Counted from the stretch's first letter, positions 20,706-29,806 are shown. The stretch: 64,000 nucleotides of DNA from Parvibaculum sp. (GCA_030649335.1 JAUSLL010000015.1:57746-121745); one strand, 5' to 3'. Program-made: numbers and translations. The notes: generated from the sequence alone by a model not told the origin.

Positions 20706-21488
20706 ATGCTCAAAGACACCTATGGCGCGATCACCGTCACGGTCACTGGCCATGTCGCCGAAATGGAAATCGACGCGGCCCCCAATAATCATGTGAGTGT
20801 CGATCTCATCCGCGCGCTCGCCGATGCGTTTGAGGCCGCAGACGCCGATCCACGCGTGCGGGCCATTGTGCTCTGCTCGGCAGGCAAAGTCTTTTGTGGC
20901 GGCGCAGACCTTGTGCGCTCCGATGGTCTCATCACCGGCAAGACCTCGAACGTCAATCCGCTTTACGTTGAAGCCGTGCGGCTCTTTTCCTGCGCGACGC
21001 CGGTTGTCGCCGCTGTGCAGGGTGCGGCCATCGGTGCGGGGCTTGGTCTCGCACTTGTTGCTGATTTTCGTGTTGCGGCACCCGAAGCGCGCTTTGCGGC
21101 GAATTTCGTCAAGCTCGGTTTTCATCCGGGCTTCGGCCTCACGCATACGTTGCCGCGTGTCATCGGTTTGCAGCAAGCCAATCTTATGTTCCAGACCGCG
21201 CGGCGATTGAAGGGCGAGGAGGCGCTTGCCGTCGGATTGGTTGATGAACTTGTGGCGCTTGCCGATCTGCGTGCCCGCGCTCATGCGCTTGCCTCAGAGA
21301 TTGCCGAGAACGCGCCGCTTGCTGTGACAGCGACGCGCGCTACATTGCGTCAGGGTTTGGCGGCGGCTGTAAAGGCCGCGACCGATCATGAATTATCGGT
21401 GCAAGGCATCCTGATGCTGACGTCTGATTTTGCCGAAGGTGTCAAAGCCGTGCAGGAGCGCCGCGTGGGCCATTTTACAGGCCGCTGA
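20706..21488 (+). CDS. Enoyl-CoA hydratase/isomerase (crotonase) family
   Basis: FCGGADL, AVQGAAIGAGLGLALVADFR, DFAEGVKAVQERR. Confidence 0.9.
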   Translation: MLKDTYGAITVTVTGHVAEMEIDAAPNNHVSVDLIRALADAFEAADADPRVRAIVLCSAGKVFCGGADLVRSDGLITGKTSNVNPLYVEAVRLFSCATPVVAAVQGAAIGAGLGLALVADFRVAAPEARFAANFVKLGFHPGFGLTHTLPRVIGLQQANLMFQTARRLKGEEALAVGLVDELVALADLRARAHALASEIAENAPLAVTATRATLRQGLAAAVKAATDHELSVQGILMLTSDFAEGVKAVQERRVGHFTGR

Positions 21489-21507
21489 GCGCGACGCTCC
21501 TTTTTTG

Positions 21508-21999
21508 TCAGGCAGGTGTGAAGCTCAGCGCCACACCGTTCATGCAATAGCGCAGGCCAGTCGGCTTCGGCCCATCATTGAATACATGTCCCAAATGTCC
21601 GTTGCAGCGGCGGCAGTTCACCGCCGTGCGTGTCATGAAGAATGACGTGTCGTCGATTTCGAGCACGGCCTTGTCGAGTGGCTGGTAGAAGCTCGGCCAG
21701 CCTGTGCCGCTGTCGAATTTTGTTTCCGACGCAAAGAGCGGCAGATCGCAACCCGCGCAAGTGAATGTGCCGCTGCGGTGTTCATCGTTGAGCGGGCTCG
21801 TGAAGGGCCGTTCGGTGCCTTCGTGGCGCAGCACTTTGTAGGCCTCGGGGCTCAGTTGCGCTTTCCATTCGGCATCGGTCTTTGTGACTTCAAATGTGCC
21901 TGCGGTCTCTGCGCTTGCGCCGCCAAAGCGTGAAGCGGCGAAAAGTCCCGCGAGGCCTGCGAGCGCCGTGGTGCCGAGAAATGTGCGTCTTGTGGTCAT
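21508..21999 (-). CDS. msrB: Methionine-R-sulfoxide reductase with a Tat signal
   Basis: GTERPF, KFDSGTGWPSF, GHLGHVFNDGP, RYCMNG; Zn-binding CxxC pairs; N-terminal TRRTFL. Confidence 0.95.
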   Translation of the reverse strand: MTTRRTFLGTTALAGLAGLFAASRFGGASAETAGTFEVTKTDAEWKAQLSPEAYKVLRHEGTERPFTSPLNDEHRSGTFTCAGCDLPLFASETKFDSGTGWPSFYQPLDKAVLEIDDTSFFMTRTAVNCRRCNGHLGHVFNDGPKPTGLRYCMNGVALSFTPA

Positions 22000-22027
22000 G
22001 TCATTGGTCCTTTCGTCTTCGTGCGTT

Positions 22028-22672
22028 TCACGATCCCGCCTTGTCGCCCCAGATGCGTTTCAGAGCCGCGTCACGGCCGCAGCCGATGCGGTAGCTCGTG
22101 TAGCGCACCGGATTCTTTTTGTAGAATTCCTGATGGTAGGTCTCGGCGGGCCAGAAGGGGCCTGCCGCTTCGATCGCTGTCACCACAGGCTTTCCCTTGA
22201 GCACGCCGGATTTTTCGATCGCTGCTTTGGAGGCTTCCGCCGCATTGGCCTGCGCCTCGCCGTGGGTGAAGATCGCGGTGCGGTAGGAATGGCCGAAATC
22301 GCAGAATTGCCCGTCCACAGTGGTCGGGTCGATATAATGCCAATAGGAGGTGAGCAGCTTTTCGTAAGTGGTCTTTGCCGGATCATAGGTGACCTCGACG
22401 ACTTCGGCGTGACCCGTCACTTCTGAGGCGACCTGATTGTAACTCGGGTTCTTTTCCGGTCCGCCGCTATAGCCGACGCGTGTTGCCGTCACACCGGCCA
22501 CGTCGTCGAAATGGCGCTGCATGCTCCAGAAGCAACCACCGGCGAAAGTGGCGACGGGAAGGGGCGTCACAGCCGCATCGGTGGCGGCTTCAGCCGCGCT
22601 GGCCGCGCCCGCTGTCATGATGGCGGTGGCGATCAGCGCGCCGCGCAGAAGTGTCGTGAGAGAAGGGAACAC
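22028..22672 (-). CDS. msrA: Methionine-S-sulfoxide reductase with a Sec signal
   Basis: AGGCFW, TGHAEVV, YRTAIF, AETYHQEFY, GCGRD; GTG start. Confidence 0.95.
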   Translation of the reverse strand: MFPSLTTLLRGALIATAIMTAGAASAAEAATDAAVTPLPVATFAGGCFWSMQRHFDDVAGVTATRVGYSGGPEKNPSYNQVASEVTGHAEVVEVTYDPAKTTYEKLLTSYWHYIDPTTVDGQFCDFGHSYRTAIFTHGEAQANAAEASKAAIEKSGVLKGKPVVTAIEAAGPFWPAETYHQEFYKKNPVRYTSYRIGCGRDAALKRIWGDKAGS

Positions 22673-23006
22673 AGCAACCTCCGGTCAATCTACAGGTACC
22701 CTTAAATGCAGGGTCTGTTCTCTCTTACGCAGCGATATGCGGTGAGGGTGCAGATTATTTGCGATGATGTTCAAAAAAACATGGTTAACGCATCGCGTCT
22801 CAAGATGTTCCCTCATCATTCTACAATAATCACTGTGCCAAACCTGACCATCATGGTAGAAATTGCTTTCCTTTTGCGGCTTTTGGCGCGACGGGGCAGC
22901 GGCACGCCCGTTGGAATGCTGAGAGTTCAAACTATCCGTGAGTTCAAAGTAAAAGTGCCCGTCCCAAAGGCGTTGGGGTCAGGGCGCTGGTTTTAGGGAT
23001 GATTGA

Positions 23007-23447
23007 GTGTTCGCTCATCGACGCGCCACGGGACCCGCTCCGAGACTCGCCAGGGATGGCCGTGCTTCTGCCTTCCGCTTGGTGGCCTATACGCTGGCGA
23101 TGAGCCTGCTGCTGGTCGTTGCTCCCGTTTCATTTGCGCAAGCCCATGCGCGCGCGCCGGTCCCGGCATCCGCGAATGATCTCCGCGTTGACGCTTCCGG
23201 GCAGGCCGAAATCGTCCAAAAAATCACAGGTTCAGGCAAAATCGAGGCAATCCGTCGCATGTCCGTCCAGCGGGCCGCGCGACTGTCTTTGCGCCCTGTT
23301 CCCGCCGATAGTGGCCTTCTTGCCGACTGCGCTGAAAATATGGCGGATTCTGCTACAAAATCTGTGGCTTTGTGCGGCCAAGCCGCCTTCAATCAGGTGA
23401 CATTTACGGGGTGGGCAGGGCGCGCGCCGCCGCTTTCTATCTCATAA
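23007..23447 (+). CDS. Putative exported leader/monitoring protein with a C-terminal RAPP arrest-like motif
   Basis: 146-aa ORF with a basic N-region, hydrophobic core LVAYTLAMSLLLVVAPV, cleavage-like SFAQA and terminal GRAPPLSIS*; upstream of and co-oriented with the MMPL gene. Confidence 0.6.
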   Translation: MFAHRRATGPAPRLARDGRASAFRLVAYTLAMSLLLVVAPVSFAQAHARAPVPASANDLRVDASGQAEIVQKITGSGKIEAIRRMSVQRAARLSLRPVPADSGLLADCAENMADSATKSVALCGQAAFNQVTFTGWAGRAPPLSIS

Positions 23448-23690
23448 AAAGCAGGCGGATTGTCCGTTCACCTTAGGATGATCTTGTGGCCACCCTCCAG
23501 ACGCAGGTATAGAGGGGCCGCGACAAGCCTGTTCGATGCGACCTGACCGGCCCTTCATAACGACGGGGCGGTATGATTTGCGAAAAACTTGAAGACCAAG
23601 AGAGCATAAGCTCCATTGTTTTTGACTGATTGACGAGATTGCCGAAGCAGTCCGCGGCGTGAAAACTGCACGTCCCCAGGGGAGGTTACC

Positions 23691-26051
23691 TTGCAGAGTA
23701 TCGAGAATATTATCTTTGGCCTTCGCGCCCCGATTTTGGTGGTGCTGGCCATTGTTACAGCCTTCATGGCCTATTTTGCCACCGGCCTGCGGATGGACGC
23801 TGGCTTCCTGAAGATGCTTCCGGTCGGAAACTCCTTCATCGAAACCTACTTCCAGTACGCCGACGGTTTTGGCGGCGGTAACCGCGTCATCGTGGTGTTG
23901 GAAAACAAAAAGGGCGACATTTTCCAGCCCAAGTTTCTCCAGACGCTGAAAGAAGCCACTGACGATGTGTTCTACATCCCCGGCGTTGCTCGTCACCGTG
24001 TGACATCGCTCTGGACAGCCAACACGCGTTATATTGCGGTGACAGAAGAAGGTCTGGAAGCGGGCGACGTTATTCCCGCAAATTTCCAACCAAATCCGGC
24101 GAGCATCAAACGTGTGATGGAGAACTCGCTGCGCGCCAATCTGATCGGCCGCCTCATCTCCACCGATTTCCGTTCTGCGATGATTGCCACCGAACTGCTG
24201 GAATATGATCCCGAGACGCAGGAGCGTCTGGACTATTTCAAAGTGGCGAACCTTCTGGAACAAAACATCCGTCAAAAATATGTGTCGGATGAAGTGGACG
24301 TGAAGATCGTCGGCTTTGCCAAGGTTGTCGGCGATATCGCTGACGGTGCCCGCTCAGTCGTCACCTTCTTTGCTCTCGCCTTCGCACTGACCTGCGGCAT
24401 GCTCTGGCTTTATTGCCGCTCGTGGCTTCTCACCATCGTGACGGTCAGCTGCTCGCTCTGCTCGCTTATCTGGCAGTTCGGCATTCTGAGCCTCATGGGT
24501 TATGGCCTCGACCCGCTCGCGGTTCTCGTGCCCTTCCTCGTCTTTGCCATCGGCGTCAGCCATGGCGTGCAGCAGATTAACATGGTGGGCGCCGAAATCG
24601 CCGCCGGCCTTAATCGTGAACAGGCCGCGCGTGCGACCTTCACCTTCCTGCTGCGTCCGGGTTCTGTGGCGCTGCTCACCTGCCTGTCAGGTTTTGCGAC
24701 GCTCTACATCATCCCCATCGGTATGATCCAGGAACTCGCCGTCACCGCTTCTATCGGTGTGGCACTCAAGATCATCTCGAACCTCATCATGTTGCCGCTC
24801 ATCGTGTCATATGTCGCCCCCGGCGAAGAATATGGTGTGAAGGTGCGTCACGCGATGGAAGCGCGTGCGAAGTACTGGCCCTATATCGCCAAGTTCGCCA
24901 GCCCGCGTTTTGCTTTCGTCTTTATTGGTTTCTGCATCGTGCTCGGTTCGGTCGCTCTCTATGAAAGCCGCAACCGCCAGATCGGTGACGTTCATGCCGG
25001 TGCCGGTGAATTGTGGCCGGATGCGCGTTACAACACGGACTCTGAATTTGTTGCCGAACATTTCCGTCTCGGCCTCAATGTGATGAACGTGATTGTGGAA
25101 TCGAAAGACGTGGCTTGCGTCGATTACAGCAAGCTGCACTTCGTTGACACTTTTGGCTGGGACATGAAGAACGTCCCCGGCGTGCAGACAGTGGTTTCGC
25201 TGCCTTTCGTCGCCAAAACGATCAACTCCATGTGGCAGGAAGGCAACCCGAAATGGGCCGCTCTGCCGCGTGATCCGACAGCTCTCGCTCAGGCGACATC
25301 CAGCGTGTCCAGCTCGACCCTTCTCGTCGATCAGCGCTGCCTGACACTTGGCGTGCAGATCTACGTCACCGACACCAAAGCCGACACGATCAAGACCGTA
25401 ACGGCAGCTGTTGAAAACTGGATCAACGATCCGGCGCATCAGCGCGATGACCTAAAGCTGCGCATCGGCACGGGTAACGTGACGATCGTCTCGGCGACCA
25501 ACACGGTCGTTGAACACTCCGAGCTGCCCATGCTGCTCTATGTGTATGCCGTGGTTATGACGCTGGTGATCTTCGTGTATCGCGAATGGCGCGGTGCGCT
25601 GTGCTGCGTTATCCCGCTGGTCCTGTCCACCATCATCGGTAACTGGTTCCTGACGGCCGCCGGTATCGGCCTTAAGATCTCGACGCTCCCTGTGCTCGCC
25701 ATCGCGGTCGGCATCGGCGTTGACTACGGTATTTACGAATACAACCGTATCCAACGCTACATGCGCATGGGTGTGACGCCTTACGCAGCCTATCTGCAGG
25801 CGCTCAACGACGTTGGCTCGGCCACCATGTTCACCGGCGGCACGCTCGCCATCGGTGTGTCCACATGGTCCTTCTCGGCTCTGAAGTTCCAGGCCGACAT
25901 GGGTCTGCTGCTGACCTTCATGTTCATCGTGAACATGGTCGGCGCGGTCACGCTGCTGCCCGCTCTCGTCGCGGCCTTCGAAACGATCTGGCCGCTGAAG
26001 CGCAAGCCGCTCACCGAAGAAGAAGCCCGCGCCATCAGCCGCGCTCACTAA
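23691..26051 (+). CDS. MMPL/RND-superfamily transporter (predicted-exporter type)
   Basis: Two repeats of TM + periplasmic loop + 5 TM; VPFLVFAIGVSHGVQ and IAVGIGVDYGIY; TTG start after GGAGG. Confidence 0.9.
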   Translation: MQSIENIIFGLRAPILVVLAIVTAFMAYFATGLRMDAGFLKMLPVGNSFIETYFQYADGFGGGNRVIVVLENKKGDIFQPKFLQTLKEATDDVFYIPGVARHRVTSLWTANTRYIAVTEEGLEAGDVIPANFQPNPASIKRVMENSLRANLIGRLISTDFRSAMIATELLEYDPETQERLDYFKVANLLEQNIRQKYVSDEVDVKIVGFAKVVGDIADGARSVVTFFALAFALTCGMLWLYCRSWLLTIVTVSCSLCSLIWQFGILSLMGYGLDPLAVLVPFLVFAIGVSHGVQQINMVGAEIAAGLNREQAARATFTFLLRPGSVALLTCLSGFATLYIIPIGMIQELAVTASIGVALKIISNLIMLPLIVSYVAPGEEYGVKVRHAMEARAKYWPYIAKFASPRFAFVFIGFCIVLGSVALYESRNRQIGDVHAGAGELWPDARYNTDSEFVAEHFRLGLNVMNVIVESKDVACVDYSKLHFVDTFGWDMKNVPGVQTVVSLPFVAKTINSMWQEGNPKWAALPRDPTALAQATSSVSSSTLLVDQRCLTLGVQIYVTDTKADTIKTVTAAVENWINDPAHQRDDLKLRIGTGNVTIVSATNTVVEHSELPMLLYVYAVVMTLVIFVYREWRGALCCVIPLVLSTIIGNWFLTAAGIGLKISTLPVLAIAVGIGVDYGIYEYNRIQRYMRMGVTPYAAYLQALNDVGSATMFTGGTLAIGVSTWSFSALKFQADMGLLLTFMFIVNMVGAVTLLPALVAAFETIWPLKRKPLTEEEARAISRAH

Positions 26052-26072
26052 GAGCTTCTCCATACGAATGCG

Positions 26073-26101
26073 AAAAGGGCGACCCTCGGGTCGCCCTTTT
26101 T
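26073..26101. terminator. Bidirectional intrinsic terminator
   Basis: aaaagggcgacc-ctcg-ggtcgccctttt between convergent genes. Confidence 0.9.
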
Positions 26102-26121
26102 GTTTGTCCGGCCGGCGCAGG

Positions 26122-26478
26122 TCACCCGACGTAGAAAAACCTTTCCTCGGCGATCTTGCCGTTCTTCACCGTGTAGAGGCCGACCTCGTCGAGCGTCATG
26201 CGGTTGCCGGTTTCCTTTACTGTCTGGTCGATGGTGAAGCGGACGACGAATTGCTCGCCGTTGACGTAAGGCCCACCGACATCGAAACTGTGGATGTCGT
26301 GTGCGCCAGCCCACCATTCGCCCTTGTCGCGCGCTGCCTGTTTGCCGCGTACTGCCGCCGCCTCGCCCGAAGGTTCGACGCTCAGAACGTCATCGGCCCA
26401 ATATTTTTCTCCCGCCTCGTCGAACTTTCCTGCCTTGCAGAGGGCGATGAGATCGTCGGCGATTTTTTGCGTGTTCAT
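26122..26478 (-). CDS. SnoaL/NTF2-like protein
   Basis: YWADDVLSVEP, KGEWW, GPYVNGEQF, EVGLYTVKNGKIAEERFFY. Confidence 0.85.
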   Translation of the reverse strand: MNTQKIADDLIALCKAGKFDEAGEKYWADDVLSVEPSGEAAAVRGKQAARDKGEWWAGAHDIHSFDVGGPYVNGEQFVVRFTIDQTVKETGNRMTLDEVGLYTVKNGKIAEERFFYVG

Positions 26479-26628
26479 AGCTTCGTCTCCGGTTGATTTT
26501 TTGGGGGGGCTTTGGGCCGACTTTTTAGGATTAGCTCCGGCCGTTGTCATTGCCGAAGCTACCGCCATGCTCCTGACAGCATCATGTCAGCAGAGTGGCG
26601 GTAGGCTCGTCGGGAGATGGCGCAAAGC

Positions 26629-26659
26629 AAAAGGGCGACACCGTTAAGTGCCGCCCTTC
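26629..26659 (-). terminator. Terminator after the RND permease gene
   Basis: On the minus strand, aagggcggcac-ttaacg-gtgtcgccctt followed by T residues. Confidence 0.65.
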
Positions 26660-26710
26660 ATCTGGTTCGCTCCTTGAGGGAAGTCGCGCACCGGAGAAAC
26701 TTTTGTCCGC

Positions 26711-29700
26711 TCAGTCGGCAGGTTGCAGCGCGCCTGCGCCCAGTTCTTCGTCCTCGGCCTCAAGGTCGGTGGGGGCGAGCAGCAGATACATGGCCGGTGT
26801 CACGAGGCGCGACAGCAGCGTTGACGACAGAAGCCCGCCGATCAGCACCCATGACAGCGGCGAGTAAAGACCCGAGCCTGAAATCGCCAGCGGGAACAGA
26901 CCACCGATAGCGGTGGCGGAGGTGAGCAGCACCGGCAGGAAACGGATTTCACCGGCTTGTTCGATGGCCTCCATCAGCGGCGTACCCGCACGGCGCAATT
27001 GGTTGGTGAAATCGACCAGCAGGATCGAGTTTTTAATCTCGATGCCGATGAGAGCGATGAAGCCGATGACGGCGGTGAAGGAGAGCGTGTAGCCCGTGAA
27101 GAGCAACGCCAGTAATCCGCCGAAAATCCCGAGCGGGATCACGCCTGCCACCACCAGCGTCGCGCGGAACGAGCGGAATTCGAGGATCAGCACGGCGATA
27201 ATGCCGAAGATCGCCACCAGAATGGCGGTGCCGAGACCGGAGAAACTTTTCGATGCCGCTTCCGCTTCGCCGCCCTTGGAAAATTTATAACCGGGTGGCA
27301 TGGAGATTTTGTCGAATTTTTCAAACAGCTGCGAGGTCACCAGCGCGGTGTTGTAGCCGGTGGCTGTATAGGCGCTGATCGCCACCTGGCGCTCGCGGTT
27401 GTAGCGGTCGATACGGGCAGGTGCACTTTCAAAATGCGGGCTGGCGACGAGGCCCAGCGGCACGGAGCGGCCCGTCGATGTCGGCACATAGATGTTTTCA
27501 AGCGCGCTCACCGAATGATGCAGATCAAGCGGTAGGCGCATCGTGATGTTATATTGCTCGCCGTCCGCCTCGCGGAAAATGCCGACATGTTCACCGGCAA
27601 TGGCGAGCCGCACCACGCGGTCGATGGTGCCGGGCGCAATGCCGACCATCGCGGCCTTCTCTGTGTCGATGCCGAGGTTGAGGTCGGTGCGGTCAAGCCG
27701 CATCGGGTTCGTCACATCGCGCACGCCGGGGGTTTCTTCCATCGTCTTTGTCACGCGGGCCGAGATGTCTTTCAGCACAGCGAGATCGGGACCGATGATG
27801 CGCACTTCGATGGGGGCGGTGATGGGTGGCCCGTTCTGGAAAATGCGCGTGATGATCTGAGCGCCGGGATATCTGGCGAAATCGGCGCGCAAGTTATCCA
27901 TCAGGATCGGCGACTTCACCTCGTCGAATTCTTTCATCTCGGTGAAAATTTCGGCGATGTTCGGCTTCACGGCTTCCGAGCGCACGTTGTAATAGATTTG
28001 CGGATTGGAACGGCCAAGGTTCGACATGCGCCAGAGAAATTCCGGATGCTTGTCGAGCACGCTTTCAGCGTAATGCAGGGCGCGTTTTGTATCGGCCTGG
28101 CTTGATCCGTCCGGCGTTTCGATCTGGACGAGAAACTGACGGCTGTCGGCTGGTGGAAACAGACTGAAGCCGATCACAGGCACCAGCATCAGGCTCGCAA
28201 AACAAACGGCGAGCGCCGAAAAAACAAATGTCTTGGGGTTGGCGAGTGCCCGGTGCAGCAGCGGGCGATAGATCGTGTGGATGCCGCCCATGATCGCGCG
28301 CAAGAAAATATTACCGTCGGGATGTTTTGAGGGCGACAGGAGGCGGCTTGCCAGAAACGGAATGATCGTCAGTGATACGAAGAGCGATGCCGTGATCGTG
28401 ACGGTGACAGCGACGGGCAGCGAGCGAATGAACATGCCCGCACCTTCCGGCAGATTGAGCAGCGGCAAAAAGGCAAACAAAAGAGCGGCTGTGCAGCCGA
28501 CGACCGCGATCGAGATTTGTGAGGTCGCGGCAATAGCCGCTTCAAGTCTGCCTTTGCCTTCGCGGATATGGCGCTCGATGTTTTCGACCACCACGATACT
28601 GTCATCGACGAGAAGGCCGAGCGCGATGACAAAGCCCGTGATCGAAAGCTGGTTGAGCGAATAGCCCATGAAGTTCATCACCGACAGGCCGATGGCGAGC
28701 GACAGCGGGATCGACACCATGACGATGACGGCGGCGCGGATGCCGAGCGGCAGCAGCGTGATGAGCACAAGCCCGACGGCAATGGCGAAGTCACGGTAGA
28801 GATGGCTCAGGCGATTATTGACCGCGATCGACTGGTCGAAGGGTCGCTCCATCTTGATGTCGGACGGCAGCAGCGGTTCGAATTCATCAAGCACTTTGTA
28901 AATGCCGTCGCGCACATTGAAGACGTTCTGTGCTTCTTTCTGGTTCGCGGTCACAAAGACGGCGCGCCTGCCATTGTACCAGGCGAGGTGGCCCGCTTCT
29001 TCCTGTGCCCATGAGACTTCGGCCACATCGCGCACAGCGAGATTGCGTCCGTCGAAAGAGCCGATCACCGTGTTGCGGATATCGTCGAGGTTTTTATAGC
29101 CGCCGGTCGTCTTGAGGTTGAACCGGCGCAAACCGCTTTCGACGGGACCGCCGGGAATTTCAGGGCTTTCCGCGCCGATGGCATTGGCCAGCGCCGTCAC
29201 CGGAATACCGAGGCTCGCCATACGGCCGAAGTTGACGGCGACGCGGACTTCGGATGGCGGCAGACCCCAATATTTGGTGTCACGCACGCCGGGTGCGCGG
29301 TCGATTTCGTCGCGCAGATCCTTGGCAACGTCTTCAAGCTCACGTGCCGAAGCCGTTTCGCTGACGAGTGCCACCTGCACAATATTGGTAAGCGAGGGGC
29401 GGAATTTATCGACCTGAATACGTTGCACACCGGCGGGCAGGCTCGCGCGCAAGGCGTTCACTTCGCGCACCACATCGTCGTAGCACTTGTCAGGATCGGG
29501 CACCGACCAGCTGAACTGCACGTTGATCGAGGCCACGCCGTCGGAGGCCTGACTGAAAATATTGTCGAGATTTTCAAGCCCGTTCACCGCGTCTTCGATG
29601 GGGCGCACAACGAGTTTTTCAATGTCGGTGGCACTCGCGCCCGGCATGAAGACGGTGACAATGGCAAAGGGTGCCTGAAAGTCAGGGTCTTCGGCGCGGG

Positions 29701-29806
29701 GGATCGATTTGAAACTGTTGAGCCCCATCATGATGAGTAGGCCGAACAGCACCAGCGTGAATTGCCAGTTGCGGACGAAGAAGCCGGAGATTTGACCGAG
29801 GATCAT
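26711..29806 (-). CDS. RND efflux permease (AcrB/AcrD/AcrF family)
   Basis: 1031 aa; GLLVDDSIVVVENIER, GIEIKNSILLVD, RFLPVLLTSAT. Confidence 0.93.
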   Translation of the reverse strand: MILGQISGFFVRNWQFTLVLFGLLIMMGLNSFKSIPRAEDPDFQAPFAIVTVFMPGASATDIEKLVVRPIEDAVNGLENLDNIFSQASDGVASINVQFSWSVPDPDKCYDDVVREVNALRASLPAGVQRIQVDKFRPSLTNIVQVALVSETASARELEDVAKDLRDEIDRAPGVRDTKYWGLPPSEVRVAVNFGRMASLGIPVTALANAIGAESPEIPGGPVESGLRRFNLKTTGGYKNLDDIRNTVIGSFDGRNLAVRDVAEVSWAQEEAGHLAWYNGRRAVFVTANQKEAQNVFNVRDGIYKVLDEFEPLLPSDIKMERPFDQSIAVNNRLSHLYRDFAIAVGLVLITLLPLGIRAAVIVMVSIPLSLAIGLSVMNFMGYSLNQLSITGFVIALGLLVDDSIVVVENIERHIREGKGRLEAAIAATSQISIAVVGCTAALLFAFLPLLNLPEGAGMFIRSLPVAVTVTITASLFVSLTIIPFLASRLLSPSKHPDGNIFLRAIMGGIHTIYRPLLHRALANPKTFVFSALAVCFASLMLVPVIGFSLFPPADSRQFLVQIETPDGSSQADTKRALHYAESVLDKHPEFLWRMSNLGRSNPQIYYNVRSEAVKPNIAEIFTEMKEFDEVKSPILMDNLRADFARYPGAQIITRIFQNGPPITAPIEVRIIGPDLAVLKDISARVTKTMEETPGVRDVTNPMRLDRTDLNLGIDTEKAAMVGIAPGTIDRVVRLAIAGEHVGIFREADGEQYNITMRLPLDLHHSVSALENIYVPTSTGRSVPLGLVASPHFESAPARIDRYNRERQVAISAYTATGYNTALVTSQLFEKFDKISMPPGYKFSKGGEAEAASKSFSGLGTAILVAIFGIIAVLILEFRSFRATLVVAGVIPLGIFGGLLALLFTGYTLSFTAVIGFIALIGIEIKNSILLVDFTNQLRRAGTPLMEAIEQAGEIRFLPVLLTSATAIGGLFPLAISGSGLYSPLSWVLIGGLLSSTLLSRLVTPAMYLLLAPTDLEAEDEELGAGALQPAD

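Noticed and set aside
22706-22996. 96-aa ORF just upstream of the RAPP ORF
   Set aside because: No RBS, atypical composition and no motif; more likely promoter DNA.
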